From contig JYFJ02000643.1 in assembly GCA_000934665.2 (NCBI GenBank), forward strand, positions 62,001 to 117,759: a stretch of DNA of 55,759 bases, in the 5' to 3' direction. Within the stretch, counting starts at the first letter, position 1, and each line of letters opens with the position of its first letter. This document shows, piece after piece, positions 1 through 14,329 of the stretch. The notes beneath the pieces were generated by a model. The model was given only the letters and a program-made list of their open reading frames with translations, made no database searches and was not told the DNA's origin. The translations under genes and the position numbers were made by a program. This stretch comes from Catajapyx aquilonaris (lineage: Eukaryota).

Positions 1-3000
1 GGCGGGTGTAGCACAAACTGTGGTAATGAGTAGACTCGGTTATACCGCAGTAAGTTATTCATAGTATGGCATCAGCTCACAAACCAGTATTGTAATTATG
101 CGCAGTATTTCAGCGAATGGCAACGTTGTACTGTACGTGCCGTTTGAATATTCCCATGAGATATTCAGAATGTGTGTAGAGAGGTCTCTTCATCTCGTTA
201 ACATGCAGCAGAAATGGACATTGCCATCATTAGCGGATTAAAAATCTATGACATTTAATGTGCGGTACGGGGGAATAAAAATTACGCGACGTGATGTGTG
301 GGAGTTATTATAAAGCAATGTAAGGGATCCATACTGCATCGATTTTTTTGGGGAGAAGTAATGACCAAAATAGTGAGCACGTACTGTGATAATGCGAATA
401 TTATTGTCCCATAGGACACCAAAAATTAAAATGTGAATTTAATATGACCACTGCCAGTTGTGAAAGTGATTTGTCATCATATGGTTTTGTAGCAAGATTG
501 AATAAACTGTGTCATATCTGAAGTTAGGCAATACCAGGTTCATGATGACATTCGAATGTAATATTGCATTTCAAAAATAAAATCTTGTTTAATGTCTTCA
601 GAAAAAGTGACACGTATAATATTGCCCTGTATCATTTTCAGCGAAGAAAATGAGTTAAAAATGTAGTTTAACCAATAACATTTGATGGGAGTTTAGAGTG
701 AATGATGACTCCTGACTTAGCAATATCTCAACATGCTAAGTATTTTATAGACTTGCATAATTTCACGCTCTTAATTAAATATTTGAATATGTGCTTAAAT
801 TTTTTATTTAAAATGCAACAACACCTGCTTAGGGCAGAAGTAAAATGGAAAATCTTTCATCCTATAAGAAAGCTCCTTTGCATGTTTCTGCTTTTCGGAC
901 TGGCCTGAAAAGTTATAATCCGGCTCCCCATTATTTCTCTATTTATTTTGAATACATACAACTCACATGCAGATTGTAAATTACATTACTCACATTATTC
1001 TCAAAATTTTAACATGTTCGCAAAATAACAGCTACGTCGCACTTGTTGGCTGCAACAAAAAAAATCCCTTTTTCTGTCTCACCTTCGTTACTTCGTTAAC
1101 TGGATTAATGTATTCATTTCATGGCGCATTTCGAAAAACTAGCTAAAATTTGCTACCTCACCGCCCTTGCCTCATGATTAATGAGCAGAGAGCCCGGGTC
1201 GCAATTGTTGGACCGTGAAATCATCTCCCACCAGACTGACTTGATTAAAAAGAAAGGCAGACCAGTGAAGAAAACATCTGCGATATGCACATTTTTTTCC
1301 CCCTCCTTGGTTAACAAAAAAAAAAAAGCTAGTGACAGATTCCTACCGTCCTTTCAATTACCGAGATCCGTTTTTCATTGTTGCCCAGTTTTTGTGGCGT
1401 GTGTTCTGGTTGTATCAGGTGGAATGGAATGGGTTTAGAAGAAGAAAAAAAAAAAAGAGTGATTGGCCAGCAGCTAACAAAAGGAAACTTTCGCTAATTG
1501 GAGGGACAGGCCTCAAAATGAACTTTTATTTCCGCTCAATTTACCAGTTTCCAAGTGAAGCCACAAGATAAATCCAGAGTTAGCCCTGGAGTAAACAGGG
1601 GTTTATCCTTGCGATAATATGAAGAAGAAAAAAGTCGAACAGATTGACACAGTGTTATCTTTGAATGATTGGGTTGTAAGAAATCTACTTTTTTCCGTAA
1701 AATGACTGTTAAAATTTATCCACTATAAGTAAAGCAATACAGAGAAAAATTCAATCATTATTTTTCGACAACTCAACTCCAAAAGTGACGGTAAAAATCC
1801 GGAACAAGAAAATCCTACAAAACTTGGCTTGATGCGTTATAGACACTAGCGATAAAAACTTTTCTTTTTTAAAAAATATCTTTCTTCCAATAATGTAACC
1901 CAATCCTGTGCTCGATAATTCGATCGGGGTTTTAATTAAAGTTGATACTTCAGTGTTATAGTAGATCAGTGCATGATTTACACTTAATAACTCTTTACCT
2001 GCTGCGAGCAAACGCAATATTTATGTAACGCGCATATAGGGGGGATATTATTGATGGAATCAACAATAGGCCTCGAAAAGTTTGGAGGCTGTTTCAAAAA
2101 TTAATTGTTGCCCTTGGGTGAACAAACATCACTGTCGGATGATAAGCAGCGGTTTACATTATTGAATCAAAATTTCATTAAACTGCAATATCCTTCAGCC
2201 AATTATTACCTGCGGTCACGAGTGGGTTCAAATGGGAGTCGTTGTCCTTGTCGTTGGGTCGTTGAGCTTTTGAAACCACCTGTCGCTTCATACTAATTTT
2301 GGTCCGCACATTTAAACTAATTGATTAATTTTAATTACTTTTTTTTATACTTTGAATGAAAGTAAGATGGGGTCCTGATTGTTGGAGCATTGTTTCTCCA
2401 GCCAGTAGTACTTTCGACATTTTTGTCCGCACTTTTGATCTCCACGTCCCTGAAATTTTTAATTCCTATTTTTTGCTACCGAGCATTAGAGTAATGGAAC
2501 CCCATTAAATCACCATATCTGGCACGCAAAATCAACAAAGTTCGCCTTAAAAAAGTGGAGCTCATAACATGTTTCTGATAATACCCTGTCAGTAGATGGT
2601 ATAAAGCAGCAACAATGAGCCTGATTTCCAACTATTGTATAAAAAAAATTGTGCTGACCTGCGCCGCAGGGATTTTCATTTGCAAAATGCCACTCTTATC
2701 GAAAATAATAGCGGCTTTTATGACTTAACGTAGTCATTAAAACTTTGCCCGGGGAAACCGCACCGTTAAAGTTCGCAGAGGCCAATGTCAGCAATGTGCT
2801 TTTTGGTGATAGCACTCTTTGAATATCCGTTTCAAACAATGAGTGAAATTACTCCAAGTTTCTAATATTCTCAAAGACAAGTTGTATGAATTCATATTTT
2901 AAAAGCATAAAATGCACATACCGCGGATAACCGGAGGACGCATGTAATCCAATAAATTTTAATGAAGCTCTTTATCATTTCATCAGGTCAAAAAATTTAA

Positions 3001-3585
3001 TTGCAAAAACTTGGGTCCATTTCCGCAAAAGTTATCATTTTCTTCTACAAGAAAACGCACAGAAAAATCTTATCGGATTCTCTTGGCACTAGTTTTCAGA
3101 GGCAGTAAACACAATGGCGGCAAAAAAAAACGAGCCTGGAGAGCCTTGATTAGCTGAGAGCTTTCTGATCTCGGCAAGGCCTGAGGGCTCCTTCGTCCTC
3201 CAGTTCTCTTCATTGCCCATTTAATTAATCTTTCTACGCGGAATTCACTGGACAGGAACTACAGAAGATCATTCCATATATGAACCTCTCCGTTCCCCTG
3301 AAAAAAATGCTATCTGAAACTGTACTGTACAGGGACCAAATCTTCACAAAAATAAGAGCCATCATGTTGCTCGAAATTGGGTTCAGCTTAGGGCTTAACT
3401 TGGAGCTGGAACGATCGCAACCACTGTCTTAGTTGGTTGTAACGGACACGAAAATAATTATACTGTTCATCAAGATAGCCCAACACAATTCTTTCTGAGT
3501 TTAAAAAAAAATGTATACAAAAATATTGCAAATTATAATTCGAAAAATAGTTAATTTTTTTGAGAAAAAATGTTGAAAAAGGCTT

Positions 3586-3830
3586 CTACTATTTTTCGGA
3601 TAACAATGTTTCAAATAACATTTCGGATAAAATTGTTTCAAAAGCAGAAAGTTTGTTTATATGTCCGCCTGTCCGGGCTACATAACCACTTTCGGATTAC
3701 TGAGAGTGCTGAAACTTGCCACTGATCGAAAACTGCACTTTTTGAGTCTAAATGGCCTTAAAAAATATAAAAATCTACTATTTTTTGGGATATCAATGAT
3801 TCAAATAATATAAAATTGCTTGAAATAATT
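3586..3830. repeat. Diverged ~55-bp direct repeat pair around a gtccgcctgtcc motif; probable non-autonomous TE relic
   Basis: ctactatttttcggataacaatgtttcaaataa at 3586 versus ctactattttttgggatatcaatgattcaaataa at 3775. Confidence 0.5.
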
Positions 3831-6000
3831 ATTTGAATAAACGTGTCTTCTGCGACCAATAACTCGCCTTGTGCTTGTAATGTAATCATTACACCAAATA
3901 TAATGCGACATGACAATTTCAAATCCGATTAAACGACGGTTCACACCTATCGGTCAGCAGTAACCACACATTCACTTTCTCCTCGGTTTGAACCAAAGCG
4001 ACTGGAAAACCTGCTCGATTTTGACGGCCAGTCAAGCACAATCCCACTCGGAATTGCGGTTCACTTAACCGTTCCTATTTGTGCTCGCCAATCGGCCTAA
4101 ACACCGCATACAAACCCCCTACAAAGGAAGTCTATTTTCGCATGTATGTTGCTACCTGAAGAGCTCAGCAAAAATATCGGTCGAGGGACGTGAGGGACAC
4201 ATTTTGCACCACGAAACACCGAATAAGTCCCACAAACTGCGAATTAGTGCCGCCAACGAGTTTTGCGGATCGAGGGACACAGACACGCTTTGCTTTATGG
4301 ACCCCTACGAATTTTCCACCTTTTTGCAACACTGCGGGTTTTGCAGCTCCGATTGTTGCGGTGGGTGTGGGGTTAGGCCTGCTTTAACACCACCTGCTTC
4401 TCCTGGAAAAAAGGTACTCATATATTTAATTTTTACTCGTTACTTTATGATGTGAATTTCTGCAGTATCCAACAAGTACTTTTTCGAGCACTTGGAAGCA
4501 CCTGTTGCTTGGCAGCTTGGCGAGCACATGGAACTGGGATTTTACACACTTACCTGCACACCCAGTGTTGACATGTTGCAAATTTACAGCATATTTTGCT
4601 ATAATTTGCTAGATTGTGAGATGCTTAAACCAGCAAGGCTAAATTGAGCAGAAAAGCTTGCTGGAAGCATATGCTTCAACTCCAGCAGCACACGTCCTAT
4701 AAAAATCGCTCAACTTTTTTTTTACAAAAAAAACCGTGCTATCCATCAACCTTGCTGACTATCCGTGGTTGTAATTTCATCTACCCGGCACTTTATTGAT
4801 GAACCCCCATCGCCTTTTCCGAGTACACACAAAGCCTATAAAATGGACGAGACCTATCAATGTGCTTTCAAGACTGGAGCTTCTCTTCAAATCCCTCCAG
4901 CTAATGACACTTTATGCAAATGTTATGTTGTTTTCTTCCCTTCAACTCCCATCGCGTCGCTTCCATGGTAAAGCATAGCTCACATAATCAGAATTACATC
5001 TGTGGCTACAATGTTCGAGAAACTTCAACACACTTTGAGCAAAGGATGCGATTATCCGAAGTGCAAATTAGAAGTCGGAGACTGTAGCTTCAAGTTTCTT
5101 TGGAGGAATCAAAAGTTCACTGGCTTTTCAGTTTCAGGTTTCTTTTAGGTGTCAAATGTTCACATCTGTGGAGTCAAAAGACTCTGAATTACTTTAAGAG
5201 GTTTTTCACTCTTTATATTATACGCAGTGTACGTACTCAATATTTTATTCATTTTTTGGGGGATTATTTTCGTACTTCGCAGATTATGCCAAAAATCAAC
5301 ATATGTCCAATGCTCCTCTAACGACATGGCATCGCATCATCAAGTAGTGATTTATAGCCTTTTTAGTGTATATCTCTTTATACAGACGAGGTCGGTGTAG
5401 CATGCAAGTTGCTCCCAAAATTTGATTATATGGCCTGACGTCAATACCGAAATTTGCAGGGGTGAATAATGGTGTTTACTTTATCCCCCACGCTACTCGA
5501 ACTGAGCCTGAACAAATCGCTTTCTGACACTCCAGCAACGGCCATTACGGCTAATACCCTATATATTAGTTCCCCTCGTCTCTTAATCACGTTTTGCTGC
5601 TGCATCGGGCTTGTGCACAATTCAAAGTGGTTTTAATTAATTTTTTTTATTCGGGTGGGCTTGAAACACTATTAGTCACTGGGTGTCAGAAAAGATGGCG
5701 ATTGATGGCCAATTTGCACTACTGCTTTTGCAGCTCTCCAGATGAGACACTGACATGTAATCGCGTCGGGTTCGACTGATACAAATGATAGTGCGCTTCA
5801 AGACTATAAAACTAAAATCCCTAAAACACACTCATGCAAAACACTTAAAATGACGAATTAGGTGCCGACTCTGGATCCACATTTGTTCGATGCAGAAGTT
5901 TTGCAATGTGTAAAATATTTAAAATAAAATTCGAAGACAAACGGACCTATAGGAATTCATCTATCATCATCATACATAACATAATTGATGTGAAAATTTA

Positions 6001-6238
6001 CCGTCAAACGTGGTGCGATTGTGCCAGGTGGGGTGAGATTGTGCCAGCGCATTTTTTTTGACAACAGTGCGCCCTACCGAAAATTTTACTCGTCATTGCC
6101 AACCTTGACCATCCTTTAATGTAGTGAAACATGCCTAAATTCGCTAGTTTACACCTGCTGCCAGTAGGGCGCACTGTTGTCCAAAAATGCACTGGCACAA
6201 TCTCACTCCACCTGGCACAATGTCACTACGTTTGATGG
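6001..6238. mobile_element. Tc1/mariner-superfamily MITE (238 bp)
   Basis: About 75-bp imperfect TIRs (ccgtcaaacgtggtgcgattgtgccaggtgg... / ...ccacctggcacaatgtcactacgtttgatgg) flanked by TA at 5999-6000 and 6239-6240. Internal repeated attgtgccag motif. Confidence 0.85.
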
Positions 6239-6978
6239 TATCGCACAAAATTACTTTCTTGGAGCTACGTACATTTGCAGGTAGTGACCAACCCACGTCC
6301 GAACTTGTCCAGTCGAAACCTAAACTGTCCCGGACTCAATTTCCTTTGTTCGACCCAACACAAATACAACACTATAGGAAATTGGGCATTCATTTCACAT
6401 GAAGCGGAGACATTGATCAGCGGTGTCTTTTACTGATTCGAGACACGATTGTTATTTGAGGACCTTGTAAGGGAAAGGGTCTTTCAGATGATCTGCAATG
6501 GATGAGGGTTCTGCTTTTCCCTGGAGAAAGTTTGGTCTTTCAAAGAGAGCTGGTATTTAGTACGTTTTATTACATTTTCTTACGAAATAAAATTGACAAG
6601 AAGTTGTAAGCATAAAAAATAAATTCATTTATCAGCGTTGCTGGTATATTGCAAAGTTTACCTGCACCTCTTTTAAACGCAAGCGAATTATTTTTTGTAC
6701 ACGCGAATGATGTAAGCCGTAAGAAACCGGTTGTTTCCACCCCTCCGATGTAATGTTAGGGTCTCTTGACATTGGAGGATGAAGATAGAAGGGTTAATCA
6801 CTGACACATTCGTTGGAATACACAGTATTGGAACATAACACTTTGTACTACAGCTGTACAGTTATCGTATATATCTGCGATGCTTCAGCCTTCTTATGGT
6901 TCACATTACTTCACACATTACAGAGAAAACTTGTTTATTTAAGAACGTGACATTTCAGCTGGTTTTTTTGTTGGACAA

Positions 6979-7221
6979 GGTCCAATGTCTCCATGATTTA
7001 ACGTGGCGTTAAGAGCTAACAGCAGTTAGGTTAAATGGGATATAATCTCGGTTTATGCAAACGAAATTTGAAATCTGTCAATTTTGTTAATGTTCAACCA
7101 AGTTAGCCCAGTTTTACGAACTCAGATTATTTTTAAAAAAATTTCGTCCTTTGAGTTGAAACATATGATCACTTAATTATAGTTAACTCTTAACGTCGTT
7201 AAAAGTAGGAGAAATCGGGCT
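6979..7221. mobile_element. Degenerate MITE, PIF/Harbinger-like
   Basis: Diverged inverted arms ggtccaatgtctccatgatttaacgtggcgttaagagctaac / gttaactcttaacgtcgttaaaagtaggagaaatcgggct, followed by TAA. Confidence 0.5.
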
Positions 7222-8893
7222 TAAGAACAAACAAGGTACTGACATGACAAATGGGGATACCTAACAGACAACATTTGAAATATAATTATCTCTTGATTAC
7301 TTCCCAAAATATACATCTGATAATATCAATAACGATTAAGTAAGTGATAATAAATGTACATCGTTTTTAGAAAACTTAAAATAAGAGTATGTATAGTAAC
7401 ATGAGCTGTACACCTGAATGAGAAGAGTCATACACACACGTTTGGCGACAAAAAAATAATTACCCAAACAATTATTTTTTTCTCTCCGAATGAGTTCAAT
7501 TTCAGAGTATACACACAGACAAAAGCGAATCCGCTACACACTATTACAGCTCGCATATGTTCCGGCTTTGAAGTAGAGGTCTCTCTGGCTTTGAAAAAGC
7601 AAATAACCCGTGCGCACAAAACCATGCAGCCTTTATATTGGTGATTGAGCTCCACCGTAGTTGAACCAACAATAAATAAACATCCTCATTTCAATTGCAG
7701 ACCTTTTGTAATCAATGGCCAAAATCCCCGTCACATAAACGGCCACGAGCTATTTCACAGTCATACATGTATTCCCTAGGAGACAAATATTTTTTCTGGC
7801 CAATTTACACTTCGTTAATATGCGTCAGTAATTGCACCGCGCAATAATTAACACGTATAGGACATGACACAACGTAAAATAATTGAAATTATATATGTGT
7901 GGTCTCCATTCCAATTATTGTGCTCTCTGTTTTAACATAATTACATCTTTATTTGTGTTCAAAAGGGGGGCCAAATTACACCACAGAGAATTGGTGAGAA
8001 CTTTCCTTATTACAAAAGGGTTTAATTGCTACAAGTGCGATAATCTACCTTGAGAGGATTATTTTATTTCAATTCACTTCTAGCTGGAGGGCGGTTTGAA
8101 ACTCATCGTTCAATTTGCGGCTACATGCAATAACGTTTAATGTGGGTTCACAACACTTGAACGTACCAATTTTGTTGCCTCCAAGAAAAAAAACCCCGAA
8201 ATTTTAATCACATTTAGTTGGCTCAGTTTTGCTTCAAATTGACACTTTTTTTGCGAAACCTGTGAATTATTCAGCCATACCATAATTAATATTCACTGAT
8301 CATATTAGTCGCAATATTGCGCGTTATGAAGTGTTCTTTTCTGTAGCATCCAAAATAGCTAATTAAAATAACACAAACCGCTTACTGATCCGGAAACTAT
8401 GCTGAACACGTACAATTTGGACACACGTCAAAAGATCAATGCAATCTGGCAAAAATTTCTAGCTATGGATGATGGAGTGATTGATTGAGTGTGGATGTGG
8501 TTTGGGTGTATGGAAATGGAATGCGGATGAAAGGTTCGGTTTGTGTGTGTTGATTGATGAGGTAGATGGGTCAGAAGGGTTAGTCCTGCGCTAAATATCT
8601 CTCAAAAACATGGAAGTACTATTGTCCTACTATACGGAAATACACCCCCCCCCCCAAAAAAAAAAAATCAGATAACTTGGTGACACAATTTGGCACGTTC
8701 CAGTCAGGCATCTTTTTGACACTTTGCAGCAACGTTTGGACATCCATTATTTCATTGTTACTAGAGTAATCGTTTAGTAGACACAATCGACTCCAATAAA
8801 GCACAACATTCAATCGAGCCGTAAAATGGGCCAGAAACTGTTTCTAACGCTTTCATAACAGGAGACCCCGAACTTTTACCTACTTTCCCAGAC

Positions 8894-8951
8894 GTGTATC
8901 CGCTGAAGGATAGGGTGTATCCGCTGAATGATTGGTGCCTATCCGCTGGAA
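8894..8951. repeat. Three-copy ~21-bp tandem repeat (gtgtatccgctgaa core)
   Basis: Directly visible. Lies about 560 nt downstream of the B2 stop codon, in the likely 3' UTR. Confidence 0.7.
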
Positions 8952-9513
8952 AGGAAATGGGGTAGGCTGGTGCAGCGTGCTCCTACCCCTTCCACATACG
9001 GTCTCCCATTACGAAAGTACTTCCGTCTCCAACTTTACAGGTCCTTTGACGCTAAGGTTGATATACAGACGTCCACAGGTACAGTGTGTTCCATCTCAAC
9101 GATCGCGATTTTTTCACTCTAGGCCAGTGATTTTGCACAAAATTTTGTAAAAGATGTTTTAAGAGGTTATCAAAATATTTGTTTCCAAAATTAGGTAGAA
9201 TCACGGTCTGGAAACTTCCCCTCTTATCGCGTGCCCGCATCACACGTAGGGAGAGGTGTTGCCGCTTCGGAGCTGGTGTAGCTCCCAAGTGAGTGGCGAT
9301 CCTGGCGGCGGACGAAGCCTCCCAAACCGCCAATTCAAATTGGAATACGTACGATTTTGTTCGAATGTCCGAGTCCTTGCAAGAAGGTCGAATGAGTCTA
9401 ACCACTGATCTCATGTCGAGAGTTCAACAATAATTCGTGGCTTGAATTTTCTATTCATAACTAATATTTTTGGTAACCACCACAAGCCTCTTAGTGTAAT
9501 TATTAGGGGGTCA

Positions 9514-9936
9514 TCAGACCGCGACATCCGAACATGGAGATGTACTGTCCACTGGAGAGTACGGCCCGTTTTTCTTGGCGTGATACACGAGCAGTTCCGT
9601 GGCACCGTTACCGTTGACCGATGTCCTGACAAAGGAAGAGTTGGATGCCCTGCAGGAGGATAGTCTGCTGCGATTGCTGCCAGTTCGGACACTGGTGTAG
9701 GTGGTCGCAGTTTGTGTCCTGTGAAGTGACTCGGCCATCATACCCGAATGAGCCAGGTTCCTCAGGACAGGGATCTTGACCAGCACGGCCCTGAAGCCCT
9801 TCCTGAAGTTGGTGTTCATCCCGAAGTAGATGATGGGGTTGTAGCACGTGTGGGACATGGCCAGCCAGTGGCACACGCACCACACGTACATCATTCCTTC
9901 CCAGTCGTTGAAGGCGGGGTATTGGTCTAGTATTAC
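9514..9936 (-). CDS. RYa-R: Terminal exon B2 of the GPCR (ECL3-TM7-helix 8-tail; 140 aa; isoform 427 aa)
   Basis: Acceptor tcctcctgcag|GTA ATA CTA. Reads VILDQYPAFNDWEGMMYVWCVCHWLAMSHTCYNPIIYFGMNTNFRKGF with NPxxY and a Ser/Thr-rich tail. Ends in tandem TGA TGA. Continues B1 with no gap relative to module A. Confidence 0.92.
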   Translation of the reverse strand, partial: VILDQYPAFNDWEGMMYVWCVCHWLAMSHTCYNPIIYFGMNTNFRKGFRAVLVKIPVLRNLAHSGMMAESLHRTQTATTYTSVRTGSNRSRLSSCRASNSSFVRTSVNGNGATELLVYHAKKNGPYSPVDSTSPCSDVAV

Positions 9937-9960
9937 CTGCAGGAGGACGTCAGTCACCTT

Positions 9961-10965
9961 TATCGAATATCGATATCATACATACAGAATAATATTGGTC
10001 TGAGTCTGTGTCTCTTGTTTGTCCGGAGTGAGTCATCATCTCTACTCAGCTAGGTGTATGTAGTACAACTACCTCTTGTACGGGCCTGAGATAATTATAT
10101 ATAATATTGCGGAACTGAAAGGTCGAATAGGTGACGTCCCATGGACATCCAAGTATGACCTCTCATGGATATATGAATATTTCGACGTTCTCACGACGCC
10201 CCATACACGTTGATGGATATTTACACCTTTCATCGACGTCATATGGTCGTCGTGTGCTATGTGGGTATGGTACAGTACTACGTGGACGGTTTGGGGTTCA
10301 CTGAAGTTTTTTTAAGGAATGCAACTGACAGTGAGTGCGCACCACAGTTCGCGCAGTGTGCACGATTGGCATTATCAATGATAGTTGGTAGCTCTCTGTG
10401 TGTATACTGCGCTGCCCTTATTTCCAACGCTACTCTTGGGGGAAACAAAATGGCCGACATTTTCGACGTTGCCCAAGCTCTCGAACAAACCTCAGAGGCT
10501 ACGGGGGTTAAAATTTATCATTAATTAATTGTCTTAATTAATGAAAATTAAATTACCAAATTAATAACTTATTATTATTATTATTATTATTATTATATTT
10601 ATGACGTCTGGGGAGTCGTAATTAACGAAGATTAAATTATCAAATTAATACATTATAAATTATTGTTACTATTTATGGCCTCTGGGGAGTAACTCTGGCT
10701 ACGTCGTTGTCAGAACAATGGAGCTGCGCGAGTGTAGGTGCGCATTTGGTTGCGCTCGTTAAAAAAATCATATTTAGTGAACCCTGAACTGTCCATGTAG
10801 TACCCTAGACCTCACATAGATGGCGTATCATATGCACACTACCGCCACTTTAAGGGGGGTGCGAGGGGTAGTGGTACTACATGCACCTAGTAGATGATGA
10901 CTCACCCGGACAAACATAGGCACATACGCAAGCAAATTGTATGCCTATGGCATCGATATTCTATA
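9961..10965. mobile_element. Nested foldback structure (two pairs of diverged inverted repeats); probable nested non-autonomous DNA transposons
   Basis: Outer arms ~9961-10076 / ~10863-10965 (tgtttgtccggagtgagtcatcatc vs gatgatgactcacccggacaaaca). Inner arms 10275-10356 / 10724-10803 (gtactacgtggacggtttggggttcact vs agtgaaccctgaactgtccatgtagtac). The centre holds an ~85-bp duplication and a (TTA)n tract. Confidence 0.75.
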
Positions 10966-13900
10966 CAGAAATCACTATCTGCCCTTGTTCTTCCGGACAT
11001 TTGCACATGAAGCACCAAATTAACCGAAAATTAGCAGTACATGCACCTAGCATGCTAAAAAAGGGTGCACATTGAAGCAAAGCACATTTAAAAGCGAGTC
11101 ATGCCCCTGCAAAGAGTATAGAAACCTGATGAAGAGAAGTAATTGCCTAGGTTGGGTCCAAAAGCTTTCCTATCAGCACATACACACAAAAAAAAGGTTC
11201 CTATCAGATAACTCCAGTCATTTTACGACGCAAAAAAAACCCTAGAAGAATAGTGGTCTCGGACTGTGATTGTCCTCGAACAAAAACGACCGGTCCACAA
11301 AGAACTACAGGGTGAGCCAAAAATGTGACCATGTCTTTTGACACCAAATGACCTAAACATGTCCCCAATATTCTGAGTGTGGACATTATCCAGTTTTTCT
11401 TTTCTCATCACTTGGCAAATGTTGGAGTACACACTATAGATGTGCTAGACTTAAAACCGGGAGTATCTGGATGGTCTCTTCTCTCTGCAGGAGTGGCAGT
11501 TGGGACATGTACCAGTCAGTGGGACATGATGAATCGAGCCCCCCTCCCCCCCAGTTTCCTTGTGTTATAAGAAAAAGCCGGACAAGTATAGCCTACTGGT
11601 GTAGATATATCGACTTACAGCACTCACTTTAGGCCTATCATCTCTCCTGTCTGTTGCATGCAGGATGAAACATGACATTGTGTCTGGGAGTAAATATGCT
11701 CGGAATATTGGGAGCTCGACCTCTTTGCATGAATATCAATATTTGTAGCTCGGATGCAGTCACTGAATCAGATGTAATAAACGCACGATAAAAAGCGTGA
11801 TTCGAGTAGACTTTTTCTCATTGGGCAGCGGGAAATGAGTTAAAAATTACTCAAATTGGGCCGGATACCTCAGTACGTATTTGCACTTTGCAGATAAATG
11901 ACTTAAGAGTTCAATTAATGGGACTGTCCTAAATTGACTCAACTTTTTTCCACTTTTGGTCTCTCCAACTCCTGAAATTGGACAGTGAAGAGTGTCCTTG
12001 GTTGCACCAAGTTTCTTCTTAGAACTTGTCTTTTCCCACCGGCACAAGGCAATCATTCTGCAGTGTTCTAACGTTACCACCATTATTACCATAACTGCTG
12101 AGGTCTCCGATTTTAAAGACAAACGTTCAGATTCCTCAGTAAACAGTTGAGTTGGCAAGGTGCTTCTATAAGAATGACTTGAATTTTTTTTTGGAAATGG
12201 ATCGAAGGGTGATTGGCTGACGGATACTATAGGTAGTTGGGATTTAGCCACAGCCGTTTGGAGACTGTTGAATCGGGATTTCTCCAAAGGCAAACCTGAA
12301 GGTGAATCTCTCGTTTGTTCCTCTCATACTTAAACGGAAATGGTGTGTGCCAGTACTCAGGGTTAATTATAATCTATGTACAATCTACTAAATCCTCCTA
12401 TAGAAACTGTAGCTTTCAAACTATAAAGCAACGCTCAATAACCCGCTTTGATTTCAATTTCCGAAAGCCCAAAATGAATGCAAATCTCAATAGACTTAAG
12501 CTCCTCTCAAAATCCGCACAAAAAAACACAACTCCTCTAAAAGCTTCATTCACACATTTTTCCCCAACCCCAAAGTGCAATCCCAGATGCAATTATAAAA
12601 AGCTGTGGCCTTAGGGTTGTATATACGTGCACAGCTTTTCAGAAAATGTCAGGAAAAGTTTGCTCAACTTGCTTTTTCAGCAAATTCTTTTTTTTCTTCA
12701 GGTGTGGCACAATCTGAAGAAAGTTTGGCTTCAAGTTTTGGTAACGCGATCTGGACGCATTAATCTCTCCAGCAACAAACTTGGGCTTATTCCAAGCGGA
12801 AAGCTCGGTTAGATATAGGCGTCACGTAACGCATTAAACAACTTGAATCTTAATCCTCTTCCTGGAAAATGGGCAACAAGGACAAGCCCATTTCGTGGAG
12901 AGGAAGCTATTCTTCAGATTCGTTTTGCAAAACTATGTATGGTTTTTCCACCTAGGCTGAGTGCACTCAGGTTGCCAAGGTTTTGGAAACTGAGGGGGGG
13001 GGGGNGGGGGGGGGGAAAAGATGGAGATTGCATAATGCATGAGGGGACTTGATGTGAAGCAACGAGTAATGTGGACGTCCATTCTTCTCTGTGGAACGTG
13101 CTTTTGCATCTATTTACACGAAAATAGTAATGGGAGACTCCACAGAGTTCAGTCAAGAAATATGACAGTTTAAAGAGACCGCAATTTTGGACAACATTCA
13201 AAACATCGGTCGAAAACGACAAAAGTTCGTTCAATTTTCTGAAGTGTTTTGAGTGCTTTTAACTGTTACATGGACTTGAATCGCCATTTTTGTGAGTAAA
13301 AATAAATTTCTTTAGTGATATCTCAGATTGTAAAACCTAAACGATTTGAGCTAAATATTCATGAATGTAACAGCCAATAATGCACTTACAAGTACTTAAT
13401 TGCCTGATACACATATTATTAACGTCGTTACCTTCGTATAATTAATGTCCCATATTGCAATAACGCCATCATACGCACCATAATTAAGTGTTTGAACTGC
13501 CATCATAAATGTACCAACCAACAGGACTATTTAACATGCCTGAAAAACCGCCCCCAGTAATTTTAATTAGCGGTTAGTTTATAGACATCAATTTTTTAAA
13601 AAACTAGAGGTGTTAGATATTGCTGTTTTTTTGGCCCCGCATTCCTAATAAGCCGAAAGGAGCACGCATTTTTTCCCCCCATAATAGTCCATTATATACT
13701 TCACCAAACTTCGTTAACGATGCAAATTCGGGCAGCCATTGGTGTTGCAGACTCGTAGCTTCGGGAAAGGCAACTGAGCGACTACTAATAAGAAGCCCTT
13801 GCACCCTACCGACAGCAGCAGACGTCAAAGCGACAAGCCAACATTCAATTACTTTTGCTCCCTGCCCCTCGGTATAATGGATTCTTATCCCAACATCCCA

Positions 13901-14260
13901 GGTTCAGATCACGATTAGCAACAAGGGTGTCAACTGAACTTTTAGAGCATCACAGCAGGGTGTTCCGAAAAAAGTGCATCCAAAATATGGGTGTCAGAGG
14001 ATCATTTTTTTGCGTTGGTGTCTGAGTTGCCAAATAATGTCATATAAGAATTGGCTCATTACCAACGTGCATGTAGTAGTACTGTCTGCCTGAGAGGGCA
14101 GCAGTGTGCAGAGAGGGAGAATGTGCCATCTGTTAGCACGTCCAAGTGGGAGGACAGTGTTGCCAAGTTAGTATCTGTATAAATCGATCTTCTGACCCCC
14201 CAATTTTCGTGACACCCACAGCCAGACAAAAAAAAGCGATAAGTCCATGCATATACTCAC

Positions 14261-14329
14261 CACCAGGGTGTTGAAAGGAAGCCAGCAAACGGTGAAGACG
14301 ATCACGACCATCACCATCATTTTGATCAT
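14261..14329 (-). CDS. RYa-R: Alternative TM6 exon B1 of the GPCR (69 nt, MIKMMVMVVIVFTVCWLPFNTLV)
   Basis: Read manually: acceptor ttccttttgcgtttgttgcag|ATG ATC AAA ATG ATG ... TGC TGG CTT CCT TTC AAC ACC CTG GTG|gtgagt donor. Canonical FxxCWLP motif, phase 0 on both sides. Confidence 0.93.

Noticed and set aside
11847..12293. 148-aa minus-strand ORF in the B1-B2 intron, near an acceptor-like ttcag
   Set aside because: No recognisable homology. B1 and B2 already join without a gap relative to module A.
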